DNA of 62,251 nucleotides, counting the filler, from Choristocarpus tenellus KU-1152 (Eukaryota > Protista > Phaeophyceae), in assembly GCA_964200185.2 (NCBI GenBank). It is 6 parts of 6 records of this genome, joined end to end, with 100 filler letters (N's around TTAATTAATTAA, not from the genome) between each part and the next. Parts side by side here need not be neighbours in the genome. Positions count along the whole stretch, not along the records: positions 33,722 to 56,768 come from CAXNAD020000267.1; positions 56,869 to 62,251 come from CAXNAD020010967.1; 4 more parts are not named here. The stretch is one strand, 5' to 3'. The translations under genes and the position numbers were made by a program. The notes below the pieces were generated by a model. That model did not search any database. It saw only the letters and a program-made list of their open reading frames with translations, and was not told where the DNA came from. Below, piece by piece: positions 54,290-62,251 of the stretch; within the stretch, counting starts at the first letter, position 1; each line of letters begins with the position of its first letter.

Positions 54290-55828
54290 AAGTGGCGTCC
54301 ACATTGCTAGTTAACATACACTGAGACGGATATTTGCACCAATCTCAAACCAATCAATGACCCCCTCAGCTCTACTTCCTTTTTTTCTTGTTTTAGTATT
54401 GATAGTACACACACCAATGATCGTATACACCTGTTCCAATTATCGCATCCATGACAAAGACACCATAAACTAGTCCAAGTATGCCTTCACCAAACTTGAG
54501 AAAGATGTTGCTATTACCAAAACGTGCAAAGACAAATGCTATGACAAAGGTTGTTATACCTATCATATCATCGCATGAATTTTTGTGGCGGATCATATGC
54601 AATCCTTTATTGATGAGTGTAGACACGTAGCCAATTATGAAGCTTGCAGAGCACCGCCTTCCTGTGACGCGCAAGAAGCCAGGCCACCCACCCTGCCCTG
54701 GAGCTATCCTGTTGCCATAGGTTTTTTGGGTGTACACAGGGTTGAGGGAATCGACATGCTAAAGAGAAGGCAACCCTCATGGTACCACATCCTTCAGCAC
54801 AGGAACATCTATGGGGATCAGTGAAAACATTATTTTCTGTGGATATATATTGCTCCACAGGCATACACCAAAAATTTGATTTTGTGATGCCAAGGGTTAC
54901 ACAAGAAATTCATCTTTGAACATACTGTTGGACGCAAATGATGGCTAAATTCCAAACAATCAGCTGAGAAGAATCATATGATAATTTTCCATGATCTAGT
55001 GCAATGTCTCAAAATTCAATCAAAATAAGTGCAAGTTGAGAAGGTACTACCAAAAAGTCTTAACATCACAAGTAACTGAACCATACTTATGTTTCCAAGG
55101 ACTATCCATGGTGAGAATCCTCAGCAACACTGCAGCAATTCCAAACCAGAAAATCAGCACTCTCTGTAAGGCCCAACAAGGTTAAAGAATAAACCTCAAA
55201 CCATAGGGTGAGTAGTTTCAAACAGTTAGGAATGTTTGATATGGGATAGGGGGCTTCTCTTATCGACACTCAAAAGCTTAGTGCTCAGTTTAGAAGCAAT
55301 TCTAATCGTTTTGAAATGGAAGGTCTATATTTGCTATCTTCAATTTTGAGGGAAAAGGTCACAATGAGCCAGAATTCTTAGACGTGAGATACGATCATTC
55401 CATAGGGTAAATCCCCACAGGAGCTAAGGCCCTTTGCAGTGGGAGGAAATGAATCGATCTTATTGGACGGACATCAAAACAATATCATTAAATTCAACAG
55501 TTGGTTGGTAGGAAGCACCTCGTTTCCATCTTTTGGATTGGCGCCAATGATGAACATGCCAACTAGGGACAAATGCAAAACCTAGCACTTATTTTTAGGA
55601 GCTCAATAAACCGATCAATCTCCCTCAAATATGACTAAAGCCTCTCAAAAGCTGCTGTCTCATTAGTTTTGGAGTTGGTGAAGGGCAGCCTCGGTTGAAA
55701 ATATAAATATAATGTGGTCGATCTACGACTTGGTTATCTCTGCATACAATTTACTACTAGTATCGAAACTGAAGGAAGGCTAGCACTTCAACTTACCCAG
55801 GGCAGACAGAGTGGGAGGGAGTTGCGCA

Positions 55829-56548
55829 TCAGTATTCTCTTTGATGACATTCCTTTTTCTCCGTTCTTACTTCATTCGACCTGGCGTCGAGTTGTGTATT
55901 TCGAGTGTTCTGAGGAGTAAAATGCCCGAACCGCTTACCTACTCCATGACCAGAATGCAGTCAGGCTTGCGAATAATCCAGACAAGGTATGAAAATCCTC
56001 TTGTATAGGAGCAATAATGCCTTTCCGCTTCCTCGGCGGCCCACGCATTCTCTCTATCTGGGCCTTGTTGCGCTCCGCCATCTCGACTAAGGTTTGGAAA
56101 GGTCTGCGTCCGCCAAAAAGTACTGAGGTAGAACCTCTGGTCAGACCAATAGGAAATATAGATCAACAAGTCGAGGGCGATGAAGCCATGTGAGAAAGAA
56201 GGTGCGAATACAAATTTTATCTGATCTGAGGGGGGAGGTCAGGAGATAGGATGGCCCGGAACACGAGTACATGGCCAGTATGCTCAGCGAAGGGGATGCT
56301 GATGAGAAAACTGGACGAGCGCGATGACAGGTTTCAGCTCTGAAAAAAAAACATTGAGACTCAGATCGTGCAGAACTAACGCACCAGGAAAAATGAAAGC
56401 TCAGTCCCACATCGCATTGTGCGACAGTTGGATACCTTTTTCCCGAACCAACCAACCGTTCTTCAACTTCCTGATCCTTTTTTGTTCCCCATGCCGTAGC
56501 CGACGCGGAAAGGAAGGCAATAAGCAAGATAAGGCAATATGTTCTCAT
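55829..56548 (-). CDS. Small hypothetical protein with a signal peptide (exons 56548-56457, 56136-55939, possibly 55880-55829)
   Basis: MRTYCLILLIAFLSASATA-W is signal-peptide-like. Phase-2 joins keep the frame open. Confidence 0.5.
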
Positions 56549-56768
56549 CGTTCCCTATCAATAGAGTTAATGCGAATAGATGTGGGTCTAAACCTCGCCA
56601 ACTGTTTGTAGAGTCTGGTAATAGACCGAGTATTGTTGCACAGAAAATGGATACCAGTTATGATACCGATGAGTAAATGCGGACCAATCTATCGTATCGA
56701 TATATGGCATTTTATTATTATTATTATTATTATTATGCCCTCTGACATTTTGCAGATATGTCAGGAGA

Positions 56769-56868
56769 NNNNNNNNNNNNNNNNNNNNNNNNNNNNNNNN
56801 NNNNNNNNNNNNTTAATTAATTAANNNNNNNNNNNNNNNNNNNNNNNNNNNNNNNNNNNNNNNNNNNN
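56769..56868. other. Artificial contig linker
   Basis: N44-TTAATTAATTAA-N44. Confidence 0.98.
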
Positions 56869-56953
56869 TACAGACAACGGTCAGGCCGGGTACCACCCCA
56901 TGTTAGGGCACACACAGCCCACACAGCGGAGCAATAAACCTCAGAACACTCAC

Positions 56954-58586
56954 TTCCAGAGCGCTCGTGGCAGTGGGTTATGCCCTTGACGAGGGTTTCT
57001 CAAGGGTTGCCTTCTCTTTCTCAGTGTTGGCCGATACAACCGCATCCAAAAAACGGACCACCAGTCCCACTGGTACCAGGAGGTACCAGGAGCAGGAACC
57101 GAGAGTTACTCTTGAGGTTGGTACCACGAGAAGGACCTGGTTGACAGATTGCAAAAATGGTTTTCGAGGGTCAACCATATCCTATCCTCCACGAGGGATC
57201 TAATTATGACCCCCCCGTCAGTATACATCATTTCAACGGCCTCGCATTCGTGAAGGTCGGCTCTCTCGGAGAGGGTTGTGAGAGGCGTCCTTGTTCAGTA
57301 TGGTGGCGAGGGGTGTGGTCGTCGAATTGCAGCCTTTATTAAGGTTGTTGGGATCGGCATTTCACGTTGGGATCCTGATGACGATCGCGCCTAACTGTGG
57401 TTCGTACTGTGGGGAAATATTCGCAGATCGCTGCCTCTTGCCGGTGTAGTATGGTATGGTATGGTATGGTATGGTATGGTATATAAGTAGGGCGTGATGT
57501 TATATATTTAGTGAGTTAAGAGATACCATGTGCTTGTTCTGATTGAAGATTTTCAAAGAGGATAAATGCATAAATGAGAGTATGTAGACAAGGAGGTGTA
57601 GAGGGATGTATCTGGGGAAGGAGGAAGGTATCTTAGTATTTGTCCAAGGCTAGGGCGAGGGGCAGGAAGTCTAGGTCAAACAGGGGTAGAAGGCACACTC
57701 TCTCTCTACTTGATTGCACTCGTAGATGCCATCATGTACCCCGAACTTGAGATTTTGGTTGATAAGGGCAATAATTTCATAACATTCATCCTCTAGGTTG
57801 CCCTGTAGTCCCCAAAGTTCTCTACCGTAGAACCTCTAGTAGGCTTGGCTTCGATAGATGTCGGTTGGGTGCAACACATATAAAATTGCGCATCTGTGGA
57901 TGCAGTGGCTCCTATAAACGACATTGAGCCTCGCTTAGAATTCGTTCGAAGCAGGGTGATATAGTGTTTCAAGCAATAGCATCTTGAATATCCCTGGGTG
58001 TCGGTATTGATGTCTTGTAAGCAAAAAAATGTGAGCAAGCTCTAAAGTGTCCTTGACGCGCAAGACATGTCATGTCCTTGTTCGCACCTTTCCAGTTGGA
58101 AGAAGCTTCTTAAGCTTATCTTCATTAATGGCACCTAGGTCACCATAGAAGCTGCATCGCCCGCCAGTGCGAACGTAGCTTGACAGCACTGGGCGAGGGG
58201 GGTATGGTAGAAAACCGGGCAGCTGGTGGTCAAACACCTGGCGGTCGACGTTAGAGCTATTCATATCGATCTGCAGCGATACTCTGGATAATACTACATA
58301 TCCTAGCAATACAGCGTGGGGGTGTAAGAGGTGAAATGATACAAGGACGGGGAGGACAAGCGCAAGATATAACTTTAACTACAATATTTCAGGTTGTGAA
58401 GCAGCCAAGGGAAGAGTCCAAGTGTTTACTCCCAACATTGATTATGTCCGTGTATCCACAACTCTAGGAATTTTTATCACCTATTTCGCGGTGAGCGACC
58501 GATCGTTCCTCGTGGGTGTCGCCTGTCTCAGTCCCCAGTCGACGGTTCACGGTACCAAAAAGGAGTCCTTCCGCGTATCGAGTTCC
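56954..58586 (-). CDS. Abraxas/FAM175-like (BRISC/BRCA1-A scaffold, inactive MPN) protein, partial (exons 58586-58481, 58188-58088, possibly 57069-56954)
   Basis: AEGLLFGTVNRRLGTETGDTHEE...I|VLSSYVRTGGRCSFYGDLGAINEDKLKKLL resembles Abraxas EGFLLGEV...ITDSQ...FSFYNSSGEVNEQALKKIL. Confidence 0.6.
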
Positions 58587-59125
58587 CTGTTCAATATGGG
58601 ATGTTTGATGAACAAGAAATCAAGGAAGGCAAAAAGGGGGGGATTGTGGTTTACTCGTTATCTTTTGATAGGACGGTGAGGTTGGCTCCCTGTAAGTCAG
58701 CAACGGTAGAACCTGCTCTTCAACAGGTTGTTGGGACTTGAAATACTTGATACTGTAATAGTCCTCGAAGTTGCACCTTCCCATTGCTGGAAGCGCCATA
58801 GGGCGATGCGGCCTCATGCAGAAGAGATGATAGGAGTGAGCCGGATAATGACACGCCATCCGCATCGTAAATCTCTTTCATAATACACCACAAAGTTTTG
58901 ACCTCGCTTGACTATGTTGTTGAGTTTGTAAATCGTAGAGTTGGAGTGTAGTGTGTTTCCATGAAGCAGTCATCATCCGCCCGTCCGTCCATTCATATCA
59001 CTATGCAATATCCTGATTTTGTGTATACCTCACACCTCTTGGACTGGATGGCCAAGAAGCACACTTGAGAAGGAGCACACACCTTTGAAGGAACTCATCG
59101 CTGAACAAACGAGTAGATATCTGCC

Positions 59126-60025
59126 ATGGCAAGTCTCGTGGAAGACCAAGATAAAAAGATGAAGGTGATTCTGGTGGACAGGGGCCCCTGTTCGCGGACC
59201 TTGATTTTACTGATGTTAGTGTAGAAGTCAACTTCTGACCGTGTTCTCTTCTTTGCTTCGCCCAACCCAAGCATTCCTGGCAACGTACTGAATCCGTCGC
59301 GTAGAATAATGAGAAAGACTTCTTTTATTCTCACGAAGACCAAGGCACACTTCTCAATATCGTACGCTACAAATATAGGTCGAGGTAGGGACTGAACTAC
59401 TTGAGCAGGAAGACGACGATGCTGAGGGAGAAGAGGGCGCCGGATCCACCACGGCAGCGAAGAAGAAGAAAAAGAAAAAGAAGAAGAAGAAGGCTGCAGC
59501 AACGGTGGAGGAGACCGTCACATCTACAAACGAGGAAGGAGGAACGAGCCAGGCTAGAGGAGAAGGTGTTGACACCTCAAAGAAGGATGGGGATAAGGAC
59601 GGAGAGGGCGCTGAGGGGGGAGGTAGTGGAACTGGAAAGAAGAAAAAGAAGAAGAAAAATGCTGGAGGGGGGGCTGGAGCAGTAAAAGCAAGCGGAGGTA
59701 CGGGGAGCAAGGTCGCGCCATCGCGGGGAGTGACAGGATTCACCGACAGCTATGTCAGGTTAGCCTAGGGGTTTGGAGAGGGGAGCAAGGTTTTTTCCAT
59801 GATTTAGGTTTGTTTGCATACTTAAATGCAACAACCAGCAGGCGCTCGAAGTGGAGTGAGGGACTCCACTTTCTCTCCCCAGTATTGACTTCTTACCCCG
59901 ACCTTGTGTGGAGCAGGTATGGTCAAACGGACCCTCCAACGATCCCTGTGGTAAATCTTTTCCCATCAGGAAGCTTTCCCGAGGGTGAGATCCAGGAGCA
60001 CCCGAGAGACTTCAATACTTACCGG
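59126..60025 (+). CDS. METAP2: Methionine aminopeptidase 2, N-terminal exons (59126-59164, 59379-59758, 59917-60025); catalytic exons not found in the window
   Basis: Acidic and poly-Lys blocks followed by [29 protein letters not shown], the MetAP2 QTDPP..P...L.P.G.FP.G motif. Good start context gccATGG. Confidence 0.85.
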
Positions 60026-60932
60026 GTGAGACGGCCCTCTCTTCTCTCCGTGCTTGTGAAATGTTGACAACAAGAGATAGGTAGTTTGTGGTGGGATTGT
60101 GCATAGTTGTGTATGCTATACTCGTACAGGAAAATTGGTTGCTTCTTCCAAAAGGCATGGGGAGAACAATGCATACTGAATGCGGTGATCTGGGGTCGGG
60201 TCCAGATAGCGTCGAGTTTGCCATGTGAAGCAGATCATTGTGGCAATTGGGCAATGTAGCCAAAACTTACCTGAGATAAGAACATTTCTTGGGCAGACTT
60301 ATCCGAAATTTAGTACGGAAGGCAAAACACGAAGGATAAGGAATGCGAGAGATGCTTTGTTACCAGCAATAGGTGGATTTGAAGGTCATCGTGCCCCCCC
60401 CCCAACAAATCTTGGCTAATTTTGCACTACTGTAGACGGTATAGATATCCTTTATGGTATTAAAAAACACTTTGTAAGATAGAATAGAAAACTAGTTCTC
60501 TTTTCAACAGATTTGGTTGAGTCTTACAAATAGATTTATATGCCTAGTTCTTCCAGTAACTTACTGAGCATGTTTTATTTTGCACAGCAAATTTTCTTGA
60601 AACTCCACCTGAATTGCACTGAAATGATCTTGTCAGGGTTTTGTACGGGCTAAGTGTGTGCCTCATGGTGCGAGCTCAAGTGCTATGTGCATAAGACAAT
60701 AGCATGCAATTCTTTTATAATTGTATGCTAAGAATCTGTGGAGCTCTGAAGTGATTGATCTTTTAGGTGGGCTTGATCTCAAAATGAAACACTAGTGATC
60801 CAAATAGCACTCATACAAAGAATCGTTACACTATATATAATGATAACACTAGTGATCTGCAACGGGGCAATGCAGGTAATTTGAAGGGTTAGGGTTAGGG
60901 TGAATGGTGAATGATGCTGGAAACCTCTGCGG

Positions 60933-61050
60933 GGTTGATGACCTGACTTGGTTGATGACCTGATCCCTTGGTTGATGACCTGACTTGGTTGATGACCTGA
61001 TCCCTTGGTTGATGACCTGATCCCTTGGTTGATGACCTGATCCCTTGGTT
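60933..61050. repeat. Two-variant minisatellite: A=GGTTGATGACCTGACTT (17 bp), B=GGTTGATGACCTGATCCCTT (20 bp), order ABABBB
   Basis: Read directly; all units are perfect. Confidence 0.92.
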
Positions 61051-62251
61051 TTTGTTTGGTTCAAAATGGTTTCATGCAGGCCCTGACTATCTGTCCTAAA
61101 TATCTGAAGATCCAGAGATTTTTTGAGGATGACATGAAGTGATACAATAGTGCAATATTCTGTACTTTGATTTTGATTAAGCGCTGCAAGCTATGGATCT
61201 TGCTGTAGTACCCTTTCCAATTGATTTTCAAGGGGGCACAATCTAGCTCACAATCTAGTTCAACATGAGGAGTATGTGATACCTGATGTCGGCTAATTGA
61301 AGACTCCCAATTTTTTTGGAGTTGTAAGAAGATAAGCTAAATTAGCTGACATCTCCACCTTTTGAAGTGATTCTTAATGCTTTAATATTGAGTAATAGAA
61401 CGGCCTGCAGCAAGGTAGATGATGTTGACCCAATGGGATTGCTGCATTCATTTTGTAAATGCAACATGCCCTGCAACCACCCCGGTACATTTTTTTTTAA
61501 TGTGCATGGTCGAAAGGTTGGTGCTATTTTTTTTTATGTGCAAAATATTTTGAAACTAGTAGTCTATTTTAATGAGTATATTATACATCTATCATTGTCT
61601 TTATTGATGGGATGCAAACAGGTCATGTCTGCAAATTCGCCAGCCAGCCCTAGAGGCTACCATTTTTTTATTTATAAAATTTTTGACTGTTTTTTCAATT
61701 CCAGCAAGTGCTTACAAATCCACCCTTGGAACCCTAACCCTAACCTGAACCCACTGTTGTCCGTTTGAACTGTTGGGGTTAGGGTAAAGGTAAAGTTGGT
61801 GGACCTAGCTGTAATTATTGTTCTGAGTCTACCTTGTTGCCGAACCCTAGCCCTAGCCCTGGTCTGATAGATCTTGACTGTTACGGGCAATCCTGACCAT
61901 GTAGCCCAGAAGTGGGGCCACGGGGTGTTTTTTTTTTAAATGTAAGCACGTGTGTGTGTGTGTGTGTAGGTTGATGAAACATCTGTTGAAAAAGAGAGGG
62001 TGGAATGAGAACAACAGTTGGAAAAGAATCACGAGAAAGGAAAAAAGAATGTGAGATAAAAATGTAGTGCAGTTTTGAAAAGGGCTTGGATGGTTGACCC
62101 CAGGGATGTTTATTGGTTGTGTGTTTAGATAATGTTTTAGGATGAGTCCTTTTTTTTTTCAAGCGGAGGTTTTCTGTATATAATACAGGCGTGTTCAATT
62201 CGTATTTGGTTTGGGTGCGTTGTGGGGGGTGGGGTGGGGAGGGGGGGGGAG

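Noticed and set aside
54393-54864. Coding-looking ORFs downstream of the TPR gene
   Set aside because: Interrupted by stops, no recognisable family and no consistent splice link.
55800-55880. TGA-TGC (possible Sec-Cys) at the end of the small signal-peptide gene
   Set aside because: No recognisable selenoprotein motif or SECIS element, and the exon itself is uncertain.
3402-56868. Repeated TTAATTAATTAA palindrome inside N runs as a biological element, or the whole window as a gene cluster
   Set aside because: Five identical 100-bp linkers with six-frame stops are a contig-concatenation artefact. Adjacency across them carries no biological meaning.
60933-61050. CRISPR-like array
   Set aside because: No unique spacers, no cas genes, and a eukaryotic intron context.

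Overview
Eukaryotic, intron-rich genomic DNA. The gene and retroelement content suggests a photosynthetic stramenopile, probably a brown alga (inference). The window is not one locus: six contigs are joined by identical artificial 100-bp linkers (N44-TTAATTAATTAA-N44) at 3402, 6664, 30643, 33622 and 56769. Manual exon assembly using splice signals and phase supports about 13 spliced genes or gene fragments: a CLASRP-like C-terminus, a PPR protein, a low-complexity protein with a PP1-docking-like SFADxxG motif, a complete 4-exon FTO (RNA demethylase family), a cyanobacterial-type MPBQ/MSBQ methyltransferase, a TMEM104-like transporter, a long hypothetical protein, a histidine phosphatase, a PDZ+PX(+GAT-like) protein, a TTC9-like TPR protein, a small signal-peptide protein, an Abraxas-like protein and MetAP2. 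Bases 6.8-17.3 kb are mostly decayed Ty1/Copia and RLE-type non-LTR relics, with a near-identical 212-bp inverted duplication and a SINE-like repeat ending in a hairpin plus (AAT)n tail. I cannot support a wholly new multi-gene system. The best leads are the algal FTO, the PDZ-PX-GAT architecture, the inverted repeat and hairpin element, unusual splice-site use (AAG acceptors, GC donors) and four tight head-to-head gene pairs. All family assignments come from recalled motifs, not database searches.
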